Shown here: positions 36,653 through 46,840 of the stretch, one piece after another
How positions within the stretch are numbered: position 1 is the stretch's first letter
How the letters are laid out: each line of letters begins with the position of its first letter
DNA from: Lachnospiraceae bacterium
GTDB lineage: Bacteria; Bacillota; Clostridia; Lachnospirales; Lachnospiraceae
Length of the DNA stretch: 64,000 nt
NCBI GenBank assembly: GCA_045616585.1
Contig: JAZLGZ010000088.1
Coordinates: 11,161-75,160, forward strand
Direction: 5' to 3'
Translations under genes and position numbers: made by a program
The notes under the pieces: model-generated
Told to the model about the DNA's origin: nothing
The model's input: the letters and a program-made list of their open reading frames with translations, nothing else
Database searches by the model: none

Positions 36653-37417
36653 GTGAACTTTACACTTGAGCAGCTGGAGTTTTTTCTGGCAATACTTGTG
36701 AGAATCACCGGTTTTATATATACCGCACCGTTCTTTGGATTAAGGAACGTTCCGTTCAGAGTTAAAACGGGACTGTCGATGGGAATAGCGATTATTATGT
36801 TTTATTCGATTCCCTATACGCCTCTTTCGTATTCGGGCACTATCGGTTTTGCGGTGGTAATAGCAGGAGAGGTGCTTGCCGGTGTAATACTCGGTTTCCT
36901 TGCGAATATATGCTATCAGATACTTGCTTTTGCAGGACAGCTGATGGATATGGAAATCGGTTTCTCGATGATCAACGAAATTGATCCGGTTACCAGTGCA
37001 CAGGTAACCGTCAGCGGTAATTTGTATTCATATGCGGTAATGCTGATGCTTATGGTTACTTATATGCATCATTTTCTGCTGGATGCTTTGATTGACAGCT
37101 ATGTGATTGTTCCTGTAGGGGGAGTAAGCGTTAATCCGCTCATATATAACGTGGCCGTGAATCTGATGCCGCAATATTTCATTATCGGTTTCAGAATCAT
37201 CCTGCCTGTTTTTGCCGCAATGCTGATTGTGAATACGGTTTTGGCAATTTTGGCAAAGGTAGCACCGCAGATGAGTATGTTTGTTATCGGTATTCAGCTG
37301 AAAGTTATTATCGGACTTGCGGTAATGGTAGTCATGATAAAGATGATTCCGGGTATTTCGGAATTTATATTCGATAAAATGATGGAGGTTATGCGTGAGG
37401 CAATATCTTATTTGTGA
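36653..37417 (+). CDS. fliR: Flagellar export gate protein FliR.
   Basis: GTG start after AAGGAG. Polytopic 254-aa protein in the fliQ-fliR-flhB order. Confidence 0.92.
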   Translation: MNFTLEQLEFFLAILVRITGFIYTAPFFGLRNVPFRVKTGLSMGIAIIMFYSIPYTPLSYSGTIGFAVVIAGEVLAGVILGFLANICYQILAFAGQLMDMEIGFSMINEIDPVTSAQVTVSGNLYSYAVMLMLMVTYMHHFLLDALIDSYVIVPVGGVSVNPLIYNVAVNLMPQYFIIGFRIILPVFAAMLIVNTVLAILAKVAPQMSMFVIGIQLKVIIGLAVMVVMIKMIPGISEFIFDKMMEVMREAISYL

Positions 37418-37442
37418 TCCGGCCTCGGAGCGTTTCCTTGCG

Positions 37443-38534
37443 ATGAATCTTCAATTCTTTGCCGAGGGAGACTCGGGCGGAGAGAAGACTGAAGAAGCAA
37501 CACCCAAAAAGCTGGAAGATGCAAGAAAGGAAGGCCAGGTCGCCAAAAGCCAGGAACTTGTTACGGCCTTCAGTCTGATTGCACTGTTCGGAACCCTTAA
37601 AGTGTTTATAGGCTATCTTGCAAGCGGCTTTATTGATAATTTCAACTTGATATACAATTCCATAAGCACTTATTCCAAGGAAATATTTGAAAGAAACTAT
37701 GCGGTGCAGTACATAAATACCGCTATGGGAAGAATAGTACTGATAGTGCTTCCGATGATTTTGATTGCGGTGACGGTTGCAATTGCGGTAAATGTACTGC
37801 AGGTGCAGTGGAAGCCCACAGCAAAACCGCTTGAGCCGAAGTTCAGCAAGCTGAATCCCATAAAAGGCTTTAAACGTATTTTTTCTTTGGACAAGCTTGT
37901 GGAACTGCTCAAGGCATTTTTAAAAATAGGCGTGGTTGCTTATTTGACTTACTCAACCTTTAACAGCCAGATAGGTATAGTGAGTCTGGTATACGGACTT
38001 GATCTGTTTTCGGCGGTTATGCTCATCGGCAATCTTGTAATAAACTTCGGACTGAAAGTAAGTGCGGTATTCCTGGTAATAGGTTTTGCGGATTTTATTT
38101 ATCAGAAATTCAAGTTCGCAAAAGAAATGAGAATGACCAAGCAGGAAATTAAAGACGAGTTTAAGCAAACCGAAGGAGATCCGAAGATTAAAGGGCAAAT
38201 CAGGCAGCGAATGCGTGAGGCTTCGCAGCGAAGAATGATGCAAAGGCTGCCCGAAGCGGATGTGGTTATTACGAACCCGACTCATCTTGCCTGTGCCATA
38301 AAATACGACAAAGAGGTTTCGGAAGCTCCGATTCTTATTGCCAAGGGAGCGGATTATCTTGCTCAGAAAATCAAAGATGTCGCAAGAGAGAACTTTATTC
38401 CGATAGTGGAAAACAAACCTCTTGCGCGTATGCTTTATCACAATGTCGAACTGGAAGAACAGATTCCCGAGGAACTCTACCAGATGACGGCAGAGGTGCT
38501 TGCTTACGTATATGCGATAAACGGAAAAACATAA
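37443..38534 (+). CDS. flhB: Flagellar export switch protein FlhB.
   Basis: N-terminus MNLQFFAEGDSGGEKTEEATPKKLEDARKEGQVAKS, as in other FlhB proteins. NPTH autocleavage site (VITNPTHLA). The track start at 37395 overlaps fliR and is unlikely. Confidence 0.93.
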   Translation: MNLQFFAEGDSGGEKTEEATPKKLEDARKEGQVAKSQELVTAFSLIALFGTLKVFIGYLASGFIDNFNLIYNSISTYSKEIFERNYAVQYINTAMGRIVLIVLPMILIAVTVAIAVNVLQVQWKPTAKPLEPKFSKLNPIKGFKRIFSLDKLVELLKAFLKIGVVAYLTYSTFNSQIGIVSLVYGLDLFSAVMLIGNLVINFGLKVSAVFLVIGFADFIYQKFKFAKEMRMTKQEIKDEFKQTEGDPKIKGQIRQRMREASQRRMMQRLPEADVVITNPTHLACAIKYDKEVSEAPILIAKGADYLAQKIKDVARENFIPIVENKPLARMLYHNVELEEQIPEELYQMTAEVLAYVYAINGKT

Positions 38535-38572
38535 AAAGTGAAAAGACGTAAAAGGCGGAAAGGAGGAGCGAT

Positions 38573-40621
38573 ATGAGATTAAATTACAAGACACTCTCAA
38601 ACTACGGTATAGGTATTTATACGCTTGCCATAATCATATTCTTTATCGTTCCCATGCCGTCTGTTATTCTTGATGTTCTTGTGGCACTTAACATGTCTAT
38701 TGCGATGATAGTCTTATTCAACGCACTGTTCTCGGCAGAGGTCCTCAATATGTCGACCTTCCCGACGATCATCCTTTTTACGACACTGTTTCGAATATCG
38801 TTAAATGTTTCCTCGACACGACTTATCCTTTTGAACGGAAATCCCGGAAAGGTTATCACTCAGTTCGGAGCCTTCGTAGGAGGCAACAGTTTTGTAGTAG
38901 GAGCTATTATTTTCATAATTATCATTCTTGTGCAGTTCCTTGTTATCAACAAGGGTTCCGAGCGAGTATCGGAAGTAACCGCACGTTTCACACTCGATGC
39001 GATGCCCGGTAAGCAGATGGCAATCGATGCAGATCTGAATACGGGAGCCATTACTGATCAGGAAGCGAAGGCTCGAAGAGAAAAGATTCAGGAAGAGTCA
39101 ACCTTCTTCGGTTCCATGGACGGTGCTACTAAGTATGTTAAGGGAGATGCGGTAGCGGGTCTTATTATTACTCTCATCAACTTTGTAGGCGGTCTTGTAA
39201 TGGGTGTTACAAGCGGCGGCTTAAGTGCAGGGGATGCATTGGCTGTATACGGACAGCTGACGATCGGTGACGGCCTTGTAAGTGCGATGCCGTCTCTGAT
39301 GATTTCACTGGCAACAGGTGTTCTTGTAACAAAGGTATCGAAGGAAGCCGATGTCGGAGAACTTCTTATATCACAGCTTTTCTCGATTCCGAGAGTTCTT
39401 TATATTGTCGGTGCAGCCATGATTGTGCTTGGTCTTACACCGCTTCCGTGGTATATTTTTATACCCTTTGGAGCAATGTTTATTGCAGCCGGACGTTCTA
39501 TAGCAAAGAGGGTAAAAACAAGCGAGGTCGAGAAAGAAGTATCCGCGGACGAGACGGATGCCACCGAAATCAGGAGGCCGGAGAATGTCGTTTCGCTGCT
39601 TCAGGTTGACCAGATTGAGCTGGAGTTCGGTTACGGTATTATTCCTCTTGCCGATACAAATCAGGGAGGAGACCTGCTCGACAGAGTAGTTCTTATCAGA
39701 CGTCAGATTGCGCTTGAACTTGGATGTGTGGTACCTACGATTCGTCTGCGAGACAATATTCAGTTAAATCCCAACCAGTACATCATTAAGATAAAGGGTG
39801 TTCCGGTTTCCGAGGGAGAAATATTGTTTGACCATTATATGGCCATGAATCCTGGTTATGTGGAGGAGGAAATCACGGGTATTCCGACATTTGAACCGAG
39901 CTTCCATCTGCCGGCCATATGGATTACGGAGTCTCAAAGAGAGCGTGCGGAATCTTACGGCTATACGGTTGTCGATCCGCCTTCGATTATTGCGACTCAC
40001 CTTACCGAGGTTATCAGACGTCACCTTGATGAACTGCTTACAAGACAGGATGTTCAAAACCTTATCAACAATATTCAGGAGCAGAACCAGACTCTGGTTA
40101 CCGAACTTGTTCCCAAGCTTCTGAATGTCGGCGAGATTCAGAAGGTATTGCAGAACCTTCTGCGAGAGGGTGTTTCGATTCGCGACCTTGTTACGATTTT
40201 TGAAACACTTGCCGATTATGCACCGACAACGCACGATACGGATGTGCTTACCGAATATGTTCGCCAGAGTCTGAAGCGTGCGATATCGACGAAGTTCTTT
40301 CCTAAGAACGAACAGAATCAGGTGGTTACGCTCGATCCCAAGGTGGAACAGGAGATTATGGCCAGCGTGAAGACCACCGAGCAAGGATCTTACATAAGCT
40401 ACGATCCCGATAAGGCACAGAGATTAATGAATTCGGTCAAAGAGGAAGTCGAGAAGCTTGAAGGACTCGGACAGAATCCGGTTATCATTACTTCTCCGAT
40501 AGTGCGAATGTATTTTAAGAAGATGACCAGAGATTATTTCCCGGACCTTATTATTGTTTCGTACAATGAAATTGATTCCGATGTTGAATTACAATCAGTT
40601 GGGATGGTGACAGTTAAGTGA
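38573..40621 (+). CDS. flhA: Flagellar export gate protein FlhA.
   Basis: 682 aa with the FHIPEP TM domain (FLVINKGSERVSEV) and a cytoplasmic ring domain. Confidence 0.96.
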   Translation: MRLNYKTLSNYGIGIYTLAIIIFFIVPMPSVILDVLVALNMSIAMIVLFNALFSAEVLNMSTFPTIILFTTLFRISLNVSSTRLILLNGNPGKVITQFGAFVGGNSFVVGAIIFIIIILVQFLVINKGSERVSEVTARFTLDAMPGKQMAIDADLNTGAITDQEAKARREKIQEESTFFGSMDGATKYVKGDAVAGLIITLINFVGGLVMGVTSGGLSAGDALAVYGQLTIGDGLVSAMPSLMISLATGVLVTKVSKEADVGELLISQLFSIPRVLYIVGAAMIVLGLTPLPWYIFIPFGAMFIAAGRSIAKRVKTSEVEKEVSADETDATEIRRPENVVSLLQVDQIELEFGYGIIPLADTNQGGDLLDRVVLIRRQIALELGCVVPTIRLRDNIQLNPNQYIIKIKGVPVSEGEILFDHYMAMNPGYVEEEITGIPTFEPSFHLPAIWITESQRERAESYGYTVVDPPSIIATHLTEVIRRHLDELLTRQDVQNLINNIQEQNQTLVTELVPKLLNVGEIQKVLQNLLREGVSIRDLVTIFETLADYAPTTHDTDVLTEYVRQSLKRAISTKFFPKNEQNQVVTLDPKVEQEIMASVKTTEQGSYISYDPDKAQRLMNSVKEEVEKLEGLGQNPVIITSPIVRMYFKKMTRDYFPDLIIVSYNEIDSDVELQSVGMVTVK

Positions 40622-41829
40622 TTATTAAAAAGTATACGGGGGCAACACAGCAGGAGGCGATGCTGTTGGCCAAGAACGAGCTCGGGCCCGATGCAATCGT
40701 TACGAATGTCAGGAAAATTGTTCCTAAGGGACTCAGACGATTATTCAAAAAGACTTCGTTCGAAATTACCGCGGCTATCGATGACACGCCTCCGAAGAAT
40801 GAGTTATCCAGACGTGAGAGCATGAAGGCTCTTTTCAAGGATAAGGGTGATGTTATTGTTGATGACGAACCTGAGGAGAAGAAGAGCAGAAACACCTTTA
40901 CGGATACTTCTGCCATAGAATTAAAACTTAATAATCTGACTTCGATGATTGAAAAGCAGATAGGCGAAAGCTCACAGGCAAAAGTTTCTGTCGAAGCTTC
41001 GGGTGCAAGCGAAATAGCGGATACCGATTCCGACAAGAATGTATCCTGCATCAGACTTGTCTACAATCAGCTGGTTGAAAACGAAGTTGATGAGAAATAT
41101 ATCAATCAGATAATCAGTGAGATAGAGCCTACTTTGAAGAAGGATGCTCCGGTTGAGAATATCATTTCAGCCATCTATCAGAAGATTGTGCTTAAACTCG
41201 GGAAAACCGAGGTGCTCGATGTTACTCCGGGAAAGGTGAAATATATTTTCTTTATAGGACCTACCGGTGTCGGAAAGACAACCACAATAGCGAAGCTTGC
41301 TTCAAAGCTTAAGCTTGATAAGAAACTTAACGTAGCTTTCCTTACATCTGATACTTACAGAATTGCCGCAGTGGAACAGCTTCAGACTTATGCGAATATT
41401 CTGAATATTCCTCTTAAGGTAGTATATAACGAGGCAGAGCTTACCGCAGCAAGGGAAGACCTTAAAAGCTACGATGTGGTCCTGGTGGATACTGCGGGAA
41501 GATCGCACAGAGACAAGAACCAGAGGGACGATATCGAGAAACTTATCAATGCGATTCCAAAGGAAGAACGAGATATATTCCTGGTTCTGAGCGTTACAAC
41601 AAAGTACAGGGATTTGGCTTCGATTACGGAAGCATATTCGGAGATATCAAATTACAGGCTGATTTTTACTAAGCTTGATGAGACGTTGTATCTCGGCAAT
41701 ATTTTCAATGTGAAGATGATGACCGGGGCTCCGCTTTCGTATGCGACCTTCGGGCAGCAGGTACCGAACGATATAAGCAGAATCGATGCCCAGACTATTG
41801 CAAAACAGCTGTTAGGAGGTGCTAATTAA
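40618..41829 (+). CDS. flhF: Flagellar SRP-type GTPase FlhF.
   Basis: GTG start (GTGA overlap with flhA). NG domain with GPTGVGKTTTIAKLA, DTAGRS and TKLDE. Confidence 0.9.
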   Translation: MIIKKYTGATQQEAMLLAKNELGPDAIVTNVRKIVPKGLRRLFKKTSFEITAAIDDTPPKNELSRRESMKALFKDKGDVIVDDEPEEKKSRNTFTDTSAIELKLNNLTSMIEKQIGESSQAKVSVEASGASEIADTDSDKNVSCIRLVYNQLVENEVDEKYINQIISEIEPTLKKDAPVENIISAIYQKIVLKLGKTEVLDVTPGKVKYIFFIGPTGVGKTTTIAKLASKLKLDKKLNVAFLTSDTYRIAAVEQLQTYANILNIPLKVVYNEAELTAAREDLKSYDVVLVDTAGRSHRDKNQRDDIEKLINAIPKEERDIFLVLSVTTKYRDLASITEAYSEISNYRLIFTKLDETLYLGNIFNVKMMTGAPLSYATFGQQVPNDISRIDAQTIAKQLLGGAN

Positions 41830-42716
41830 TGGACCAGGCCGATCAGTTGAGAAAAATGGTAAGCAAACAAAAAAAGACAAGAAAAGTGTCTCGTGTTATT
41901 ACGGTTACCAGCGGAAAGGGCGGAGTGGGAAAGTCCACACTTACGGTAAATCTTGCGATTGAGCTTTCGAGACTCGGGAAGCGTGTAATAATACTGGATG
42001 CCGATTTCGGTCTTGCAAATATTGAAGTAATGCTGGGTATCAGACCGCAGTTTAATCTGGCGGATCTGATGTTCAGAGGAAAAGAACTCAAAGAAATAAT
42101 TACTCCGGGTCCCGAGGGAATAGGCTTTATTTCGGGAGGTTCGGGCATACAGGAACTCTCGAGGCTGACCAGAGACCAGGTTATTTATCTGGTACAGAAA
42201 CTGTATGAGCTCGATGAAATCGCAGATGTAATTCTGGTCGATACAGGTGCGGGCATTGCGGATACGGTTTTGGAGTTCGTATCTGCCAGCAATGAGGTTC
42301 TGGTCGTTGCGACTCCCGAACCCACATCGATTACCGACGCTTATGCTCTCCTTAAAACGCTCAACAGGAAGAGTGATTTTGTGAAGGAGAACACTTCCAT
42401 TAAGATGGTCGCAAACAGAATCAAGGATGCACAGGAAGGCGAAGGACTCCATCAAAAGCTCGGAGTCGTAGTGGAAAAATTCCTGAATATAAATATCGAG
42501 TATATGGGCGGAATATTGAACGATGTAAACTGTCAGAAAGCGGTAATGCAGCAGGAACCCGTCACCATCAGTTATCCGGATTCGGGAACCGCCAAGTCGA
42601 TGAAGAAGATTGCGGCTAAGCTTGCTGATGTCGAGATTGAAGACAATTCCGACGGCGGTATTGTTCAGCTGTTTAACAGATGGATGAAGAATATTTATTC
42701 CAAAAAGAAGGTATAA
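41829..42716 (+). CDS. flhG: MinD/ParA-type ATPase FlhG (YlxH).
   Basis: TAATG overlap with flhF. Deviant Walker A SGKGGVGKST. Confidence 0.9.
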   Translation: MDQADQLRKMVSKQKKTRKVSRVITVTSGKGGVGKSTLTVNLAIELSRLGKRVIILDADFGLANIEVMLGIRPQFNLADLMFRGKELKEIITPGPEGIGFISGGSGIQELSRLTRDQVIYLVQKLYELDEIADVILVDTGAGIADTVLEFVSASNEVLVVATPEPTSITDAYALLKTLNRKSDFVKENTSIKMVANRIKDAQEGEGLHQKLGVVVEKFLNINIEYMGGILNDVNCQKAVMQQEPVTISYPDSGTAKSMKKIAAKLADVEIEDNSDGGIVQLFNRWMKNIYSKKKV

Positions 42717-42719
42717 CCC

Positions 42720-43484
42720 ATGATTTCAAAGGTCTTAAAGGTGGGAGACAAGGTTGAAATGAAAAGGGTTGAAACGGTCGTTCGTGAAGACGGTCAGGAA
42801 GCACTTTTCAACAGTCAGCTTATCGACATTCAGGGATCGGATAAGCTGAACATCTCAATTCCCATTAAGGGCGGTGCAATAATACCGCTCGAGGTCGGAG
42901 AACGGTATGAATTAAGATTCGTGACGAGCTCCGGTATATATAAATGCAAAGCCGAAATATCAAACCGAGGTAAACAAGGGGTGGTTTACTATTTGGGAAT
43001 GATGATTCTGTCCGAACTTCAAAAGGATCAGAGGCGTCAGTATTTCAGACTTGATAAGATAAAGCAGCTGGAGTATCACAAGCTCTCAAGGGAAGAAGGC
43101 GGGCTTCTGGCCATGCTTGCGGCAAAAAAATATAATGATGAATTCGAACGAAGAGCGCTGCGGAACAAATTGAACAATATTGAGACCGAAGACCATGACG
43201 GAACGGTTCTTAACATCAGCGGGGGTGGAATTAAATTTAATTCCAAAGATGAGTTGAAGCAGGGAGATTTTATCAGAATAAAAATATTTCTCGAAGACAC
43301 CGATACCGAACCGCTTGATTTGTTCGCAAGGGTAATTGCCTCAGAGTATATACCCAACAAAAGTATACACAACGAGCATCGTATTGAGTTTGTAAACATA
43401 AACAGAGATACGAGAGAAAAAATCATTAAATATGTTTTTAACGAGGATAGAAAACAACGTCAAAAAGAAAAAGGAAGTTTTTAA
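42720..43484 (+). CDS. PilZ-domain c-di-GMP receptor (YcgR/MotI-type flagellar brake-like protein).
   Basis: N-terminal PilZN-like beta domain. RRQYFR (RxxxR, nt 43032-43049) and NISGGG (D/NxSxxG, nt 43212-43229). Confidence 0.8.
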   Translation: MISKVLKVGDKVEMKRVETVVREDGQEALFNSQLIDIQGSDKLNISIPIKGGAIIPLEVGERYELRFVTSSGIYKCKAEISNRGKQGVVYYLGMMILSELQKDQRRQYFRLDKIKQLEYHKLSREEGGLLAMLAAKKYNDEFERRALRNKLNNIETEDHDGTVLNISGGGIKFNSKDELKQGDFIRIKIFLEDTDTEPLDLFARVIASEYIPNKSIHNEHRIEFVNINRDTREKIIKYVFNEDRKQRQKEKGSF

Positions 43485-43485
43485 T

Positions 43486-43521
43486 GTTAAAATGTGAAAA
43501 AATACTCGTTAAAATGTGAAA
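43486..43521 (+). repeat. Direct repeat, 2 x 14 nt (GTTAAAATGTGAAA) with 22-nt periodicity, between the PilZ gene and cheB.
   Basis: The copies at 43486-43499 and 43508-43521 are identical. Read directly from the DNA. Confidence 0.85.
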
Positions 43522-43531
43522 GGAAGTAAAA

Positions 43532-44710
43532 ATGCCTAAAAAATTACTTGTAGTTGATGATTCTGCACTCATGAGAAGAGTGTTGTTTGATATAATTGAC
43601 ACTGATAAAAGATTTGTACAGGCGGATACCGCCAACAACGGTCTTGAGGCCTATGATCTTATAGTTTCCAACCCCGGAAAATACGATTTACTTATTCTTG
43701 ATATCAATATGCCGAAGATGAACGGTATACAGTTGATGGAAAAGATGAACGAGAAGAATATTCATATTCCGATTCTCATTGTAAGTACTATCGCAAAGGA
43801 GGGCGCAGCGGAGACTATCAGATGTCTTGAACTCGGTGCTTTCGACTTTATTACGAAGCCGGACAGCTTCGTGGAGACAAAGAGCGACAAGTTCAGAGAT
43901 AAGATTCTCGGATTTATGTGTGCAGCACTGTCGATGCCGTTTACGGCTTCTGAGGCAGAGGCATCCACACCTGCGGCATCAAAAACCGAGCAGCTCGTCA
44001 GAAACCATATTACTCCCACAGCACCGATAGCATCACGTGTAAAGGGTGACGGTGTTTCGGGTGATGGCCCGATGTCTTATGCAAAAGTTTCGGATTTCAA
44101 GAGAAAACCTCACACCGCTGTAAGTGCTTCGGCCGAAAAGCTTGTTGCGATTGCCTGCTCGACAGGCGGTCCCAAGGCTCTTCAGCAGGTTATCCCGAAG
44201 ATTCCCAAGAACATCAACGCACCCATCGTTCTTGTTCAGCATATGCCTGAGGGATTCACCGGTACTCTTGCTCAGCGTCTTAATGAAATGTCTGAGGTTG
44301 AGGTAAGCGAGGCTGTTGACGGCGAGGCTCTTAAGAAGGGACATGTTTACATCGCCAAAGGCGGTAAGCATATGAGAATCGTGAAGAAGGGAAAAGAGAA
44401 TATCATTGTTCTTGGAGACGATCTTCCACGCAATTCACTTCGCCCCTGCGCCGATATCATGTATGAATCTATAATGGATCTTAACTACGATGAGATCGTA
44501 TGTGTAGTCCTTACCGGAATGGGAAGCGACGGAACACGAGGCATCGGTCAGTTAAGTTCAAAGAAAAACTGTTATGTTATCGCCCAGGATGAGGCCAGCA
44601 GTACGGTTTACGGAATGCCGAGAATGGTGAAGGAGGCAGGCTTGACCGACGAAGTTGTAACTCTTGGGTCTATAGCCGGAGCTATGGCAAGTGCAATAAG
44701 CTCCCGCTAA
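43532..44710 (+). CDS. cheB: Chemotaxis response regulator methylesterase CheB.
   Basis: REC domain (LLVVDDSALMRR, ILDINMP), a long linker and an esterase domain (ACSTGGPKALQQV, GMGSDG). Confidence 0.93.
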   Translation: MPKKLLVVDDSALMRRVLFDIIDTDKRFVQADTANNGLEAYDLIVSNPGKYDLLILDINMPKMNGIQLMEKMNEKNIHIPILIVSTIAKEGAAETIRCLELGAFDFITKPDSFVETKSDKFRDKILGFMCAALSMPFTASEAEASTPAASKTEQLVRNHITPTAPIASRVKGDGVSGDGPMSYAKVSDFKRKPHTAVSASAEKLVAIACSTGGPKALQQVIPKIPKNINAPIVLVQHMPEGFTGTLAQRLNEMSEVEVSEAVDGEALKKGHVYIAKGGKHMRIVKKGKENIIVLGDDLPRNSLRPCADIMYESIMDLNYDEIVCVVLTGMGSDGTRGIGQLSSKKNCYVIAQDEASSTVYGMPRMVKEAGLTDEVVTLGSIAGAMASAISSR

Positions 44711-44734
44711 ATTTTACACGGAGGTTGTATTTGT

Positions 44735-46825
44735 ATGGACGTTAGCCAGTATCTTGAAATTTTCATCGAAGAAGCAAAAGAACATTTGCAGAGTCTTAAC
44801 GACCAGCTTCTTGTTCTCGAGAAGGAACCGGAGAATAAGGAAACTATTAACGAAATCTTCAGAGCCGCTCACTCACTCAAGGGTATGGCCGGAACCATGG
44901 GTTATAAGAGAATGCAGAAGCTTACCCATGATATGGAGAATGTATTTCAGGAGATTCGTAATGACAAGATGAAGGTTTCTTCAGAACTTGTTGATGGTCT
45001 TTTCAGAGGTCTTGATGCTCTCCAGGAGTATCTCGACAATATTATAAATACTCAGGATGAAGGAACGAACGATAATCAGGAACTGATTGATTTGTTTGCT
45101 CATGAGCTTGAGGTCGGACTTAACGGAGGTGGAGCGGCACCTTCCGCAGCTGCTTCTGCTCCTGTGGCTGCAGCAGTTGAGACAGCAACCGAGAGTAAGT
45201 CCATTAACGGAATTGATTCTATAGTATACAGCTCAACAGATAAGGCAGCCATCGCTCATGCTTATGAGGAAAAGATGTTTGCCTATGCGATCAACGTTGA
45301 GATTCAGGAAACCTGCGTTCTTAAGGCAGCAAGATCTTTCCTTGTATTTAAGGCAATCGAGCCTATCGGAGAAATCATTAAGTCTCTTCCCGACGCTCAG
45401 AAGATTGAGGACGAGAAGTTTGATTTCGATTTCTCAATCGTGGTTGTTACCAAGGAGTCCGCTGATGCAGTCAAGGCAGCAATCATGAATGTTTCGGAGA
45501 TTAAAGACTGTACTGTTAAGCAGCTTGAACCCGAAGCACAGGCAGCACCTGTCGAGCAGAAGGCAGCATCAGGCACAGCAGCTGCCGCAGCTGCAGCACC
45601 TGCGGCAAAGAGTTCTGCTCCCGCAGCAGCAGCTTCTGCTCCTGCAAAGGGCAAGCCGGTTGTAAACCGTTCGGTACGTGTCGATATCGACAAGCTTGAT
45701 GACCTGATGAACCTTGTCAGCGAGCTTATTATTGCGAAGAACGGACTTGTTTCGATTTCTCCCACAGATATCGGAGCCGATGAGAATAAGAAAGGTAACT
45801 TCCGTGAGCAGGTTGAGTACCTTGAAAGAATCACAACCAATATCCATCAGAGCGTTATGAAGGTTCGAATGGTTCCTATCGAGAGTGTAGTTAACAGATT
45901 CCCTCGTATGATTCGTGATATTTCAAAGAAACTCGATAAGAAGATGGAATTATATATGTCCGGTGAAGAAACAGAGCTTGACCGTACGGTTATCGACGAA
46001 ATCGGAGATCCTCTTCAGCATATTCTTCGTAATGCTGCAGACCATGGTCTTGAGAGCAATGAAGAGCGTATTAAGGCAGGTAAGCCTGAGGTTGGTTCTA
46101 TCATGCTTAATGCTTACCAGGAGGGCAACAACGTAGTCATCGAAGTTAAGGATGACGGCGGCGGAATTGATGTCGAGAAGGTAAGACGCAAGGCTATTGA
46201 GAAGGGTACCATTACCGAGGAACAGGCAGAGGCTATGACAGATAAGGATGTTATTGACCTTCTGTTCAGACCCAGCTTCTCAACAGCAGAGAAGATTTCC
46301 GATATTTCCGGTCGTGGAGTCGGTCTTGATGTTGTTAAAACAAAGATCGAAGCACTCGGCGGAAATGTTGAGTGTAAGACAGCTCTCGGTGTAGGAACAA
46401 CCTTCACTATCAGACTTCCTCTTACTCTTGCAATTATTCAGGCTCTTATGGTTGTTATCGGAACCGAGAAGTATGCGATTCCTCTCGGAAGCATCCAGAC
46501 AATCGAGGATATCCCCGCAGCAGAAATTAAGTATGTTGAGGGAAAGGAAGTTATCAATCTTCGCGGTTCTGTTATTCCGCTTGTTCGTCTTGATAAGATT
46601 CTTGATGTTACAAATGCAAAGCAGGATGCGGAGAGCCTTACCGTTGTTATCATTTCAAAGGGTGACAAGCAGGCAGGTCTCGTAGTGGACGGTCTTATCG
46701 GACAGCTTGAAATCGTTATTAAGTCAATCGGTAAATACATTAACAACTGCAAGATGATCAGTGGCGCTACCATCCTCGGTGATGGTGAAATCGCATTGAT
46801 TCTCGATGCAAATACATTAGTTTAA
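44735..46825 (+). CDS. cheA: Chemotaxis histidine kinase CheA.
   Basis: Hpt domain (AAHSLKGMAG), Ala-rich linkers, dimerisation and HATPase domains (DDGGGID, GRGVGLDVV) and a CheW-like P5 domain. Confidence 0.95.
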   Translation: MDVSQYLEIFIEEAKEHLQSLNDQLLVLEKEPENKETINEIFRAAHSLKGMAGTMGYKRMQKLTHDMENVFQEIRNDKMKVSSELVDGLFRGLDALQEYLDNIINTQDEGTNDNQELIDLFAHELEVGLNGGGAAPSAAASAPVAAAVETATESKSINGIDSIVYSSTDKAAIAHAYEEKMFAYAINVEIQETCVLKAARSFLVFKAIEPIGEIIKSLPDAQKIEDEKFDFDFSIVVVTKESADAVKAAIMNVSEIKDCTVKQLEPEAQAAPVEQKAASGTAAAAAAAPAAKSSAPAAAASAPAKGKPVVNRSVRVDIDKLDDLMNLVSELIIAKNGLVSISPTDIGADENKKGNFREQVEYLERITTNIHQSVMKVRMVPIESVVNRFPRMIRDISKKLDKKMELYMSGEETELDRTVIDEIGDPLQHILRNAADHGLESNEERIKAGKPEVGSIMLNAYQEGNNVVIEVKDDGGGIDVEKVRRKAIEKGTITEEQAEAMTDKDVIDLLFRPSFSTAEKISDISGRGVGLDVVKTKIEALGGNVECKTALGVGTTFTIRLPLTLAIIQALMVVIGTEKYAIPLGSIQTIEDIPAAEIKYVEGKEVINLRGSVIPLVRLDKILDVTNAKQDAESLTVVIISKGDKQAGLVVDGLIGQLEIVIKSIGKYINNCKMISGATILGDGEIALILDANTLV

Positions 46826-46840
46826 GGAGGGCAAATTAAT

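Noticed and set aside
37395-37443. A possible FliR-FlhB fusion, which occurs in some clostridia, or a frameshift at the fliR/flhB junction.
   Set aside because: fliR ends with a clean TGA at 37417 and flhB is in a different frame with its own canonical N-terminus (MNLQFFAEG...). There is no sign of a frameshift or pseudogene.
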